Shown piece by piece: positions 30,541 through 41,100 of a stretch of DNA of 42,671 nt. The position numbers were made by a program, and so were the translations under genes. Position 1 is the first letter of the stretch; each line of letters opens with the position of its first letter. The stretch comes from a virus: the IMG/VR virus record IMGVR_UViG_3300045988_003762, positions 1-42,671 of that record. One strand, 5' to 3'. The notes under the pieces were generated by a model, which did no database searches, was not told the DNA's origin, and worked only from the letters and a program-made list of their open reading frames with translations.

Positions 30541-33500
30541 TTATTGGTTCCGCATTTTGCGAAGTTCCTGCTGTACCAGCGCCTTGTTGTAGTGGATGAT
30601 CTTTTTCCCCACGCCCATTGCGGAGAATAGATATTGCCGCTGATCGCTTGTCAATCCGCCAATGGAATAGATTTGCTCCATGACCAACAGCCCCTTGCTG
30701 TTTGCGATGGTCTCGCCGTTCTTGTCTTTCAGGGATTCCACGTCGCTTGTTTTCGCCCTTGCGATGACGTAATCGGTGGCGCTTATGCCCTTCTTTTCTC
30801 CGGCAACTGCCTTTGTCACCCACGATTCCGGCTCGTATTTGCTGACATTTGATTTTGCGATCTGGTCTGTAAGCGTATAGAGATCCTTTACGCACTGCAC
30901 CTTTTCCTCATTTGTCAGCTTTTTGTACTCGGAATCCCTTGTCAAAGCTGTAAGACGCTTATACGCACCTTGCCCCTTTTGCTGGGCATACTTCACGTAA
31001 TCGTCGGAACCGAGAGTGACCGACTCTCCATTGACAGTAAAGTTCTTGCTGGCTCTGCTGGGGAATACAGCTTCACCGGTGGCATTGTACAACCGCATGA
31101 GTTCCTTTTCCATCGGGCTTTCGTCGATCTTGGATGTATAGGCGGGATTGAGGAAGTTGTTGAACGCACGTTCTCCCGGCTTCCCCGTCAGCTCTGTTCT
31201 GCCCCATGCGTCGATGTATGGTATCTGGTTGTAATCCCAGCCGGGGATCCTCGCGCTGGCTTTGCCCACCGCATACTGCATATCAGGCGTGAGATACTTG
31301 TTGTTTTTGTTTGTGTACGTTGTGTAGCGCTTGCCCTCTCCGGTGCGTTCTGCCTGTCCCAGCAGAGTAGGGAACGCCTGTGTCAGGTAGCTGGTGGCGG
31401 CACTGGCAATCGCCTTGGGCAGCGCGGCGATACCATCACTCTTTGCATAACCTACAACGTCAAAGATGGCGTTCAGGCTTTGCAGACAGCTCATTTCGAG
31501 CAGCGGCTCCGACACATTGGAAATGGCTGTAAGCAGCTCGGAAAGCGTCAGAGATTCCTTTCCGCCGTTTGTCTCCTCCCACAGGTTTACACCGATAAAC
31601 AGCGGCAAGCACTCAGGCGCCAGCCAGTCCAGCGTAATACTTGTGCCGTCCGGCAGCTCCAGCGAGTACGTCTGATGGCCTTGCAAATCTTCAAACTCGC
31701 GCTTGTCGTCGTCATCGCCGCCGTGCCCACGCAAAAGCGCCTGCGACGCAAGATACACGCCAAGCCCCAGCAGGCCGGTGCCTGTAAGCCCGGCAGAAAT
31801 GGAATCAATGGCCTCTGCCCCTGTTTTCTTCCCGGTTCTCACGTCCCACAACGCTTGTTTAATGCCGTTCGCAAGCCCGAGAGGGCTGTACTCCACGCCG
31901 CGCATAAGAATGTTGGCGGGAGTTTTGCGGAACGGGAGTATGCCCTCGATAATGCCAGTGGCGATTTTCTCCACGCCGGTCTTGCTGCCGCGCCGCCTGC
32001 CGATCTCACTGACAAACTGCGAAAAGGCGTTGGTGTCGCGGTATGTGGCCTTTTGCGCTTCTTTAACGGCATACTTTCGCGCTTTTTCTATGCCCTTGCC
32101 CTCGGCGATCATCTCGGCGGTAATGCCATTCGCCTTGCAATACTGCGCCATAGCGTATGCGTAGTGCGGCTTGGAAAACCACATATCCTCCGTTTCAAGG
32201 GCGGCGCTGTTAAATCTTCTCGCTTTTTCCAGTCCCTGGCTTACCTGTTTAAGGCCCGGCATCTTGCTTTGGAAAATGACGCGCCCTTCCTCGATCGCTT
32301 TATTGGCGTTGGCAAACTCACTGTATTTCCCGCCGCCCATTGCCACGTCCTGAATTTTATCAAAGTCCGCAGCAGCAGCACTAAACAGCGCTCTCCCGCC
32401 TTTACCGGAGACAAATGCCTTGCTGCGGCTCAGCTTGCCTCCAGAAACTTTGTTCACGCCCGCTTCAATTCCTGTGGCGATGGCATTTTTTACCGCCACA
32501 ACAGGGGCAAACCCGGCGTTGCCGACAATGTTTCGGATGTGTGTTCGCGCATTGCCCAGCATAGCCAGATACCGCCACGCGTTCCATTTGTCAATGAACC
32601 GGGAGGGCATTTGACGGCCAATGTCGCGGTAGATGTCGGTCAGAACGTTATCCCGCTCCGTCTGATCTTTCGCCCGCAAAAACCGCTCCGCCAGCTCCCG
32701 ATCGATCTTGAGCTTAGGGGACTTTTTATCCCCGTACCGCTTGTTGATCTCCTCCTGCAAATTCTTTACGCTGCGCTGTACCTGATACAGCTGTGTCTCC
32801 GGGCTGAGCTTTTTCAATATGCGCGTGGCTTGCAGGGCTTGTGCTGCGCTGCGCTGGTGCTCCACCATATTGTTCAGTATGGTTAGCGCTGTAGCGGTGT
32901 CTCCACTGTTGGCTGCGTTGTTATACAGCGCCCAGCCCATCGCCGTGTTTTCCTTGGACACATTTCCTCTGCGCACGTTGTCTGTCCACGAGGTAAGCGC
33001 TTGCGCCCAGCCCACGTCCTTGATTTTTGTCTCTGCGTCAGAAATGGCCTGCTTGTCAGAATATGTCTCATAGGAGTATTCGCCGCGCAGGGCCAGCTCT
33101 TCGATGGTAGGGACGATCTCATCAGGCGTGGCGTTTGCTTCAAGTATCGTGCGTACCGTCTGCGACACCTTTTCCTTGTCACTGGTTTTGCGGGGGAGCC
33201 GTACCTGCCGTGTGGCATTTTCGCCCTCCGGGATTTTGCCGTATCTGCGAATATAGGTGTCGCGCAGATCCTCCAGCTCATCGGGGAGCCGCTGTGTCTC
33301 CCGCAGTTGAAATCTGGCACCCTCTACGCTGTTCACGGCATCCAGTCTGGCTTTTTCATCTCCGCTGGCATACTCGATCATCCGCACACCAGCGTTTTTC
33401 AACGCTGCCTTTACCTCCGCACTGGCATCGTTAGGGATAACCGCCGCCAACACTTCATCAAAACCTACGGCTCTTTGCGGCTTTGCCTCGAAATACCCGG

Positions 33501-36500
33501 TCGGCATATTGGAAATGTCTTCATACAGCTGCAGCACTTTTTCCGCCGTATCCGGTTTGATTTGCAGTGTGGGATATGTCCGCAGCTCTTTATCAATTCC
33601 CGCTACCGTCCGTTTTGTCCGCAGCGTCTCTACAATAGCCGACGCCGCATCGTCCGATGCGATAAACTCGTTCCTTGCTGCAGGATCCTTGATCTCGTTG
33701 GTCAGCTCCGCAAGGCGTTCAGAATACTTCTGCCGGATAGCGCTGTATTCTTCCTCGGTCATTTTCTGCAGCCGCCCGGAGTCGGCCTTGATCTCGTCAA
33801 TAGAGCCGTAATCCTTTGACGCAACACCCCAAATTGCCTGGCCACCAAAGAATGTGTTGGCACCCTTCTGATCGCCTTGCTTCATCGCCTTAACAATGTT
33901 TTCCAGCGTGATCTCATAGTGCGTTGCCGAAAAACTCCTGCGATTGCCGGAGGATGTATAGTAGTCTTTCCCGTTGTAAATGCCCTCGTTTTTTACAACA
34001 CCGTCAAACAGATTATCCAGCCATTGCTCGTACTCCTTCTGATTTACCTTGTCGCGGATAGCTTTGTTGGTGGCGGCCCTGTCCACTTCTTCCGTCACAG
34101 TTTCCGTGTTACCGGCCAGATATTTCCGCGTATCCAACATATACCGCATTTTTGCCGCAACGGTTTCTGCGTTTACCACATCGGCCGCATCCTTTGCAGG
34201 CAGCCCCAGCTTTTCGTAGTATTTTTGCAGTGCGGCGTTCAGCGCTTCGCCGTGTTCCTTGTGCCACAGTTTTCTTGCCGCAATAGGCGACTCGCCGCCC
34301 TTTGCGCGAAAATCGTTTACAGTGCTCTCCCCCAATTCGCGGATCAGGAACGATGCCATTTCCTGCTGGTTGTCATCCATGCGTGTGACTTCGCGCTTCA
34401 TTACGTTTTCTACCGCACCCCGCCCGGTATCTTCCAGATAAATGTTCATCACGCGCGGGTCGTCGCGCATTGAGCTGATGATTTTATCTACGCCGCCCTT
34501 CCGGTTCAGCTCGTCCTCCAGCGTGTTTGCCGCAGAATATAAGGGGTCTGCAAAGCTCCTGCCTTTCGACCGCTCCATACGGTAAAACAGGTCGTGGATC
34601 TTCTTGGCGGATTTCTCATTCACCTCGTACTCAATTTGCGGGGCAGTTGGTGTCCATGCGTCGTAACCGTACACCTTGTTGCTGCGGAACAGCTGCGGGT
34701 CAATGGTGTCCTTGCTGAACACAAACGAAATGTCGCCGTACTCGCCGTGGCCTTCGTCTGCCTTTACGATGGCAATACTAGGCATGGGAAGTCCGCCCAG
34801 TTTTGCGGCATCCAGCAGGTTCTTTTCTGTCAGGTTATGCAACGCCAGCAGGTTTTTTGTTTCCTCCACAGGTGCTTTCAGTGAGAACTTCGGCTTGACA
34901 TTTTCGCCATCGGTGGGTATACTATTAACAGAAGCATTCCCCAACAGAGCGCCGGAGTTTCCGGAAGAGCCAGCAATTCGGGGGGTGCTTCTTTCTTGCA
35001 TTTTCCCGATATTGTAGACAATGCTCCCATCCTTACCCAGCGCAACGGAAATGCGCGTTCGATAATACTTTCCATCGAAATCCATGAAATATGCCGTTCG
35101 ATAGTTCCAGCCGTCTTTTGCCATGTCCCCATGTCGTCCGGCTTCATCAAGAACAGTCTCCCCACCTCGTACAGATACCTTTATCAATTCGTCAATATGC
35201 GATGCGGCGTTTGCCTTTCGTTCAAAAGTTTCATCGCTCATTGTCTGTCCGTAATTATTATATCTGCTGCTGAGTTTTCCGGCTGACGTCCTCGTAAGAA
35301 TGAGGATGTCCCCATCTTCGGCTATCAAGCGCACATCTTCATTGTTCCGGATTTTTCCGTTGATGTAGTTCTCCAATTGTTCGCTCCATGCCACAGGATC
35401 GTTGCCAAATAGCACTTGCCTGTCCGCCTGGACATATTTCATGCCATTGGGGAACTGATTGATCTGATACTTTGCACCGTCGCCCTCACCGGCGGCGGTT
35501 TTTGTTTTCTCCGCCTGCCGCTTCGCCGCGTCAAATGCTTCCTGCCACTTCTGCGCCACCGCCTCCAGCTCCGCAAAGTCATTGCCGTAAGCCTCCTGCG
35601 CCGCCACATCTCTGGCCTTGCCGGTAAAGATGGACTTAACCTTTGCGATGAACTCCTTCAAACTGTCCAGCAGCTTTTGTGCCGCCGTGCGGTTGCGCTG
35701 GGAAAACTCACGGAACAGGTCAGGGTTTTCCATCATGTTCCCGGCGAAATCCGCCGCGATCTCGTCCATCACCTCGTCCTGCGTAAGCGTCACGCCGGAG
35801 CTCTCCGCCTTTTCCCTGTACCACTCCACGACCTCGGCCATTTCGTCAATGCCCTTTTCGCTCATACGGTTCTCCATAGCCGCCTGGCGGAATTTTCTGT
35901 ACTCGGCAGGGGAGAGGTCTTGCATACGGTGTGTGACCTCGTGCGCAGCTACGTTCAGATAGGGCTTGTTGCTGTCTACGGCAATCTGGATCAGGTTTTT
36001 ATCCCTGATGTACTGGCCGTTGGCCTGACCGCCCATAACGCTGTCCACGAACTCGATACGCACACCCAGCTTTTTGCCCATCGCGTTCAGCGTGGCCGCC
36101 GTGCGCTTGCTTTTGGCGATGACCGCGCGGGAATAGACGTTATCCGCCAGACCTGCGCCCGCAGTGGTGGTCACGCTCTTTACCTCCGCGTTCTCCCGTG
36201 CCACCTGTGTTGCCGCGTCTTCCAGCCCGGCATTATACGCCGCGTATCTCTGCTCCGGTGTCAGCATGGCCGCATACGCGCCCTTCGCCTTGCTTGCTTC
36301 AATGCCGTTCAGCCCGGCATTGTACACACTGGAGAATCCTGCGTACAGAGTGGGCACGTCATCTGCCGTCCGGCTCATCTCCTGATACGCTTTCTGCCCA
36401 GCTTCCAAAAAGCCGCCTGCGGGCTTCTGTGCGCGTTTATGCGTGACAGGGGTAGCCGTGGTGCCCTGCGTCTGCGCCTGCGTCGTGTCGCGGCTTGCAA

Positions 36501-37845
36501 GGGCGGCAATGTCACGTTTCAGCTGGCTGATGGGCTGCTGTGTGTTCAACTTCACGCCGGTGTTGGCCTCCAGCGTCTCCACGGCCACAGGATTCTTGGC
36601 AATAGCCGCCGCCTGATTGCCGGTGATGCTCTCGCCCCGCGTCACAGCGTCCACGGCCTGTGCCGCCTTGCTGTCCATCTCCGGCGCGGTGTTTTGCCGC
36701 ACGTCGCGGTTATACTGTGCTTTCGCCGCGTTGTATGCCGCGCGGTTGGCAAGGGTGTTAAGGCCTGTTACACCGCCGGACAGCAACCCGCCAACGATCG
36801 CACCGCCAGCAAACTCCTCCGCCGCTGTGCCGGGGTCGAAAATGGCATTTTCATTTACCCCAAAATACTGGTTTCCAGCATCGTATACAACATTTTGCAA
36901 AGTGCGGTCAATTACGCCTTGCAATACTTCTTCCTTGCCCTCGTCAACCATTGTGTCAACCAGAGTCCGCCATGCCGCCTGATTTGCTACGCGGTTCGGA
37001 AGATTTTGAATACCGCCGCTTATCTCAATTTCGGAGCCAAGCAATGCATTTCCCAGCGCATATAGCGTCGCTCGCTTCTCGTCCACGCCCTCAGCCTTTG
37101 CGTCGTTATAGCTGTGGGCATAAATTTGCGCTACGCTCGTCAGATAGTTCGGATCCTTCGCCCTCGTCTTTGCTATCTGTTGCATGGTTTGTACAATAGC
37201 CGGAGTAGACTTGCTGGCGGTTTGCGCCGCCATCTTCTCGGCGGTCATAGCCGCGCTTGCGCCGCTGGTTGCGTATGCCGCCGCCAAACTCGTGAGCGCT
37301 TCTACCGCAGAAGCAGCCAGTTCTTCACCTTTTGCCGCATACTTACCGCCCTTTGCTGTATTCTCTGCATATTTCTGCTGCAAATAGTTCTGATCGTTAG
37401 CTATGGCTTCATCAGCCATATTAAACAGCCCGCGCTCACTCATAGGAGCGACGTCTCCCAGCAGGGCATTCCACCCTTTGGCCGCCAGCCGCTCACCCTG
37501 TGCCAATATTGTGGTAGGCGTTCTCGCTATGGCCGTAAGACCCATGCCCACAGATTTAAGTGCGCCTTTCCCATAATTATACCCGCTGTTAGGCCGCTTG
37601 TCCGCTCCATAGTTCCCCGCGCCCAGCGCGGAGATGTCGCCCACCTCGCGCTTGGTGGTGATCTGCTGCTGCCGATTCTGCCGCGCTTCTTTGGTTTTTG
37701 CTTCCGCGTCGTAAACGGCTTTGCTCTGTGCCCCGCCTACATAAGTAGCTTTTACGCGCCCGTTTTTTTGCGCCGCCCCACCGGTGTATGTTACATCAAT
37801 ACCTCGTTCTTTTTTTGCGGCGTTTCCAACGTAGGTAACTTTCAT
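30541..37845 (-). CDS. Giant polyvalent virion/ejection-type protein (2434 aa) with a zincin HExxH module and a barnase/EndoU-like (PBECR-type) module
   Basis: Single uninterrupted ORF with a GGAGG RBS. AAHEVTHRM at ~35931..35945. ILILTRTSAGKL...HIDELIKVS...WNYRTAYFMDFDGKYYRTRISVALGKDGSIVYNIG (~34990..35330) resembles phage PBECR nuclease-like domains. A C-terminal hydrophobic segment is GLTGTGLLGLGVYLASQALL. Confidence 0.75.
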   Translation of the reverse strand: MKVTYVGNAAKKERGIDVTYTGGAAQKNGRVKATYVGGAQSKAVYDAEAKTKEARQNRQQQITTKREVGDISALGAGNYGADKRPNSGYNYGKGALKSVGMGLTAIARTPTTILAQGERLAAKGWNALLGDVAPMSERGLFNMADEAIANDQNYLQQKYAENTAKGGKYAAKGEELAASAVEALTSLAAAYATSGASAAMTAEKMAAQTASKSTPAIVQTMQQIAKTRAKDPNYLTSVAQIYAHSYNDAKAEGVDEKRATLYALGNALLGSEIEISGGIQNLPNRVANQAAWRTLVDTMVDEGKEEVLQGVIDRTLQNVVYDAGNQYFGVNENAIFDPGTAAEEFAGGAIVGGLLSGGVTGLNTLANRAAYNAAKAQYNRDVRQNTAPEMDSKAAQAVDAVTRGESITGNQAAAIAKNPVAVETLEANTGVKLNTQQPISQLKRDIAALASRDTTQAQTQGTTATPVTHKRAQKPAGGFLEAGQKAYQEMSRTADDVPTLYAGFSSVYNAGLNGIEASKAKGAYAAMLTPEQRYAAYNAGLEDAATQVARENAEVKSVTTTAGAGLADNVYSRAVIAKSKRTAATLNAMGKKLGVRIEFVDSVMGGQANGQYIRDKNLIQIAVDSNKPYLNVAAHEVTHRMQDLSPAEYRKFRQAAMENRMSEKGIDEMAEVVEWYREKAESSGVTLTQDEVMDEIAADFAGNMMENPDLFREFSQRNRTAAQKLLDSLKEFIAKVKSIFTGKARDVAAQEAYGNDFAELEAVAQKWQEAFDAAKRQAEKTKTAAGEGDGAKYQINQFPNGMKYVQADRQVLFGNDPVAWSEQLENYINGKIRNNEDVRLIAEDGDILILTRTSAGKLSSRYNNYGQTMSDETFERKANAASHIDELIKVSVRGGETVLDEAGRHGDMAKDGWNYRTAYFMDFDGKYYRTRISVALGKDGSIVYNIGKMQERSTPRIAGSSGNSGALLGNASVNSIPTDGENVKPKFSLKAPVEETKNLLALHNLTEKNLLDAAKLGGLPMPSIAIVKADEGHGEYGDISFVFSKDTIDPQLFRSNKVYGYDAWTPTAPQIEYEVNEKSAKKIHDLFYRMERSKGRSFADPLYSAANTLEDELNRKGGVDKIISSMRDDPRVMNIYLEDTGRGAVENVMKREVTRMDDNQQEMASFLIRELGESTVNDFRAKGGESPIAARKLWHKEHGEALNAALQKYYEKLGLPAKDAADVVNAETVAAKMRYMLDTRKYLAGNTETVTEEVDRAATNKAIRDKVNQKEYEQWLDNLFDGVVKNEGIYNGKDYYTSSGNRRSFSATHYEITLENIVKAMKQGDQKGANTFFGGQAIWGVASKDYGSIDEIKADSGRLQKMTEEEYSAIRQKYSERLAELTNEIKDPAARNEFIASDDAASAIVETLRTKRTVAGIDKELRTYPTLQIKPDTAEKVLQLYEDISNMPTGYFEAKPQRAVGFDEVLAAVIPNDASAEVKAALKNAGVRMIEYASGDEKARLDAVNSVEGARFQLRETQRLPDELEDLRDTYIRRYGKIPEGENATRQVRLPRKTSDKEKVSQTVRTILEANATPDEIVPTIEELALRGEYSYETYSDKQAISDAETKIKDVGWAQALTSWTDNVRRGNVSKENTAMGWALYNNAANSGDTATALTILNNMVEHQRSAAQALQATRILKKLSPETQLYQVQRSVKNLQEEINKRYGDKKSPKLKIDRELAERFLRAKDQTERDNVLTDIYRDIGRQMPSRFIDKWNAWRYLAMLGNARTHIRNIVGNAGFAPVVAVKNAIATGIEAGVNKVSGGKLSRSKAFVSGKGGRALFSAAAADFDKIQDVAMGGGKYSEFANANKAIEEGRVIFQSKMPGLKQVSQGLEKARRFNSAALETEDMWFSKPHYAYAMAQYCKANGITAEMIAEGKGIEKARKYAVKEAQKATYRDTNAFSQFVSEIGRRRGSKTGVEKIATGIIEGILPFRKTPANILMRGVEYSPLGLANGIKQALWDVRTGKKTGAEAIDSISAGLTGTGLLGLGVYLASQALLRGHGGDDDDKREFEDLQGHQTYSLELPDGTSITLDWLAPECLPLFIGVNLWEETNGGKESLTLSELLTAISNVSEPLLEMSCLQSLNAIFDVVGYAKSDGIAALPKAIASAATSYLTQAFPTLLGQAERTGEGKRYTTYTNKNNKYLTPDMQYAVGKASARIPGWDYNQIPYIDAWGRTELTGKPGERAFNNFLNPAYTSKIDESPMEKELMRLYNATGEAVFPSRASKNFTVNGESVTLGSDDYVKYAQQKGQGAYKRLTALTRDSEYKKLTNEEKVQCVKDLYTLTDQIAKSNVSKYEPESWVTKAVAGEKKGISATDYVIARAKTSDVESLKDKNGETIANSKGLLVMEQIYSIGGLTSDQRQYLFSAMGVGKKIIHYNKALVQQELRKMRNQ

Positions 37846-37853
37846 GCGCCCTC

Positions 37854-38828
37854 CTATTCGGTCACGTTAAATCCCATTTTACGGATTTCTTGCTTTTGCT
37901 TCGGCGTCAGGTCGTCCCACACGGATTCTACAAGCTGGCTTGCGCCAGACATGTTCCCGGCGGAAATTCTGCCGCTGATTGTGCGTTTGATGTCAGAAAA
38001 GGACGAGCTATAGGAATTGCCTGTTTCGCCTCCAGACGAGCTAACTGTTCCAATCACATTACTGTTGTACGTTTTCCCGCTGTTATAGCCCGTGCCGCCA
38101 TACGCGCTTCGCGCCGCGCTCTGTGCCGCCTTCAGCCTCGCGTTGTAGTCGCTCAGGCTGTCGCGGTACCGGTCGTACTCGTCGTTGGCCAGATTGCGGT
38201 ACAGGCTGGCGCTGTCCATCAGGTCGCCGCGCTCCTGAGAATACAGCTGCCGTGCCACCTCCTCCAGCTGCGCCATGTACTGGTTATACTGCTGCTGCGC
38301 CGCTGTGGTGGCGTAGGAGGACGCAAGTCCCCCCGTTCTGCTGGCCACCTGTCCCAGCACGTCCTGCATGCTCATTCTGCCGCTGGCGCCGTACCGGTCG
38401 GCCAATGCCTGATACTGGCTGCCCTTTGTCCAGTCGTCGTAGTTCATGCTGGTCAGCTGCCGCGCCAGGGCGTTCAGTTGATCCATGTATTCGCTGTTGT
38501 AGGTAGGCAGATCGCCGACGCTTGTGGGCATAGTCACTGTCTGCGTGCTTTTTGTGCTTGTGGAGGTAGACGGCGGCGTGTAGCTTGCTCCGCCGCCCTG
38601 AATGCTATCGGCCACGTCATACGGCGATTTGCCAGCCGCCAAACCGCCAGCCGCATTTTTGATGATGGTGTCGAGTATTTTTGACGCTCCGCTTGTAACG
38701 TTGCGCCCAGCGTTATTTACGCCGTCAAAAAACCTGTTTACGTTATTCGCCATCGAACTGCCGCTGTTCGATACGCCCGGTTTGCCGGAGCCAATAATGT
38801 CATCGTCATACTTCTTTCTTGTTGCCAT
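37854..38828 (-). CDS. Hypothetical virion protein (324 aa), Ser/Gly/Thr-rich ends
   Basis: ACGGAGGTG RBS. Packed between structural ORFs. Confidence 0.65.
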   Translation of the reverse strand: MATRKKYDDDIIGSGKPGVSNSGSSMANNVNRFFDGVNNAGRNVTSGASKILDTIIKNAAGGLAAGKSPYDVADSIQGGGASYTPPSTSTSTKSTQTVTMPTSVGDLPTYNSEYMDQLNALARQLTSMNYDDWTKGSQYQALADRYGASGRMSMQDVLGQVASRTGGLASSYATTAAQQQYNQYMAQLEEVARQLYSQERGDLMDSASLYRNLANDEYDRYRDSLSDYNARLKAAQSAARSAYGGTGYNSGKTYNSNVIGTVSSSGGETGNSYSSSFSDIKRTISGRISAGNMSGASQLVESVWDDLTPKQKQEIRKMGFNVTE

Positions 38829-38829
38829 G

Positions 38830-39207
38830 TTACACCTCCGTGTTTGCGTTCTCCAGCGCCGCCACTCTCTGTTCCAGCGCCGTGTAGTTATTCTCCAGCG
38901 TGGTCACTCTCCCGGCCAGCGCCGCGTAATCGTTACCCAGCGTGTTCACAGTTTGGCTCAGTGCCGATATACTGGCGCTCTGACTGTTAACCGTGCTTTG
39001 CAGCGCAGACACCGTATTTTGCAGCGCCGTCAGAAGAATGTACATTTCCGCGCTGGACACGCCCGCCTTGCTGACGTTCTTTGTCACGTTGCCCATCGCC
39101 CAGTCTGTGCGCTGGCACATGTATTTGATGTACTGCTCCACCATGCGCAGCGCCTCCTCCGGGTTGCCCTTCGGCAGCTCGTTCAGGCTCTCAGGGAAAA
39201 CGATCAT
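38830..39207 (-). CDS. Coiled-coil virion protein (125 aa; needle- or fibre-like)
   Basis: Heptad-like repeats LQNTVSALQSTVNSQSASISALSQTVNTLGNDYAALAGRVTTLENNYTALEQRVAALE. Confidence 0.6.
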   Translation of the reverse strand: MIVFPESLNELPKGNPEEALRMVEQYIKYMCQRTDWAMGNVTKNVSKAGVSSAEMYILLTALQNTVSALQSTVNSQSASISALSQTVNTLGNDYAALAGRVTTLENNYTALEQRVAALENANTEV

Positions 39208-40742
39208 TTCACATCACTCCCTATAATGAACTCGCGGGAAATACCCAAAATGGTACATTCTCCCTCACCCTCAAGCCGCAGCTCAAACTTGTCACACCGG
39301 TTTGTGGCAATGCGCATGGCGGTCACGTTGTAGTCCCGACCGGCCACTCTGCCGCACTCCTGCCATGACTTACCGTCAAATTGTGCCTTTGCGATCACGT
39401 GGCTGCCGGCAGGCAATTCAAGGCGCACCAGCAACTTGGAGTACGTTTTCTTCCCGTCAATTGTCTCGTACATGGGCGTGAACTGTGCCACCCACCGCTG
39501 ATCCTTCGGCGTCGGCGCTCCGTCCAGCAGGTACACATCGCCGCTGCCGTCCAGCATATAGAGATCTTTCCCGATCCGGGCGAAGTCCACAGCCTCCGTG
39601 CCGTCCTCCAGCACCCATATACCGGTCTTTGTCTCATATACCATCAGCTTGTGTGCTGCGCCGTCCTTAACGCTGAGATAGTAGCTGTCGCCGTCGTTGC
39701 CTGCTATCGCATCGGTGAATTCCTTTTCGCCAAAGTTGTCGCTGATCAGCGTGGGCGTTCCGCCGGAGTAGGCGTACACGCCGTGGTGTCCCTTGTAAAA
39801 CAGCGTATCGTTGATGACCTGCTGGCTTTTCTGGCACCCGTCCTGCAAGCCCTCCATCTCGTATGTGTACATGGCGTACTCGGCGGGATAGCTGCCCAGC
39901 ATCTTGTGCAGCTTCGTCTCCTTCCAGAACAGCACAGACGAACTCAGCTTGCAGCACCCGGTAAATTTTCCCTCTGTGCCCACCGCCAGCGTATACGCGT
40001 CTGTGCTCAAACCCTCATACACGTAAAAGTTGGTGGGATCGCCCAGGGCGCTGGCATAAATGGTCTGCGTATCGCTGTCACAGCCCCACAGCCGGTTCTC
40101 ACTCTCGCATATAAAGTCGAGGTCGGGAATCTTTCGCTCCAGCTTAATGGATGTGCTTGCTTCGTTCACCGCTACAAACGTGTTGTCCGCCACCGTAATC
40201 GTGTTGGAAGTGACCGCCTTAATGACAAAATCCTTGTTGTTCTCCGTCTTGGAGGTGCAGCCGGAAAGTGTCACGCCGTCACCCGCCTTGAACTTCGTGG
40301 ACAAGTCCGCCCAGCCGTTCACAGTTATTTTGTTTGTGGCAAACGTGGCCTTGCTGCCAGCCAGCTCCGCCGCCAGCGGCTTTACCTGCTGATCCTTAAT
40401 GTCCAGATACACCTTGTCCGGCCATATCACCATTTTGGTGTTGACCACGGCGAACTGCTTTTTGCCCGCCGTCACCGTGCCAACTACTTGCCCGTCGTAC
40501 AGAAGGGAAGTGCCCTGCACCACCACCAGCTTGTCCCACGACGTCAGCGCCGTGGCGTTCTGATACGCGGTCTGCTTTACCCGGCCTTTCCGCGTGGTGA
40601 TATACGGCCACCGCCTGGCGGACAGGTTCAGGCTGTCCCGCAGATCGCCGTCCGCCAGCTTATCAGACCAGTTGATTCCGCGCATCTGCACCGTTTCTAT
40701 TTTGTTCGGGCGCAGCGCATAGGGAAGCTCCGGCAAACGCAT
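39204..40742 (-). CDS. Tail/nozzle-type structural protein (512 aa, beta-rich)
   Basis: Large beta-rich ORF in the virion module. The start overlaps the upstream stop. The function is inferred from context only. Confidence 0.55.
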   Translation of the reverse strand: MRLPELPYALRPNKIETVQMRGINWSDKLADGDLRDSLNLSARRWPYITTRKGRVKQTAYQNATALTSWDKLVVVQGTSLLYDGQVVGTVTAGKKQFAVVNTKMVIWPDKVYLDIKDQQVKPLAAELAGSKATFATNKITVNGWADLSTKFKAGDGVTLSGCTSKTENNKDFVIKAVTSNTITVADNTFVAVNEASTSIKLERKIPDLDFICESENRLWGCDSDTQTIYASALGDPTNFYVYEGLSTDAYTLAVGTEGKFTGCCKLSSSVLFWKETKLHKMLGSYPAEYAMYTYEMEGLQDGCQKSQQVINDTLFYKGHHGVYAYSGGTPTLISDNFGEKEFTDAIAGNDGDSYYLSVKDGAAHKLMVYETKTGIWVLEDGTEAVDFARIGKDLYMLDGSGDVYLLDGAPTPKDQRWVAQFTPMYETIDGKKTYSKLLVRLELPAGSHVIAKAQFDGKSWQECGRVAGRDYNVTAMRIATNRCDKFELRLEGEGECTILGISREFIIGSDVK

Positions 40743-41089
40743 CACATCACCTGCACATTCCCGCTGTCATCGGGGCAATGATTTCTCCGCCACCAGCCCA
40801 GCGCCTCGTTGAGCGCCGCATCATACACCGCCTTGTCGTTGGCATACAGCGTCGTCTCGTTGTTGTAGTAGTCGATCTGGCCGCACAGATACACCACATA
40901 CACCCAGTCGTGGGGCGCAGGCAGCAGCAGCGTATCATCCTCCGCAGGCCAGTTGTACTCCGGCATCTCATGATCCACCCGCTCCGCAAGCTGCCGGTCA
41001 ATGCCTGTCACCCACTCCACTTTCTGGTCGTGGCTGATGGTATTCAGCCGCAATTCATCCGCCCTTGAAATGGCCTGTGTAACGGTCAT
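40742..41089 (-). CDS. Hypothetical virion protein (115 aa; adaptor-like)
   Basis: GGTGAGGG RBS. Context only. Confidence 0.5.
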   Translation of the reverse strand: MTVTQAISRADELRLNTISHDQKVEWVTGIDRQLAERVDHEMPEYNWPAEDDTLLLPAPHDWVYVVYLCGQIDYYNNETTLYANDKAVYDAALNEALGWWRRNHCPDDSGNVQVM

Positions 41090-41100
41090 TCGCCCTCACC

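Noticed and set aside
30541-37845. The giant ORF considered as an N4-like virion RNA polymerase, or as a tape-measure protein
   Set aside because: I could not recognise T7-like RNAP motifs by eye. The sequence is not the repetitive, helical, Gly-poor type of a tape measure, and no tail-tube or chaperone genes accompany it. Only profile or structure searches could settle the RNAP question.
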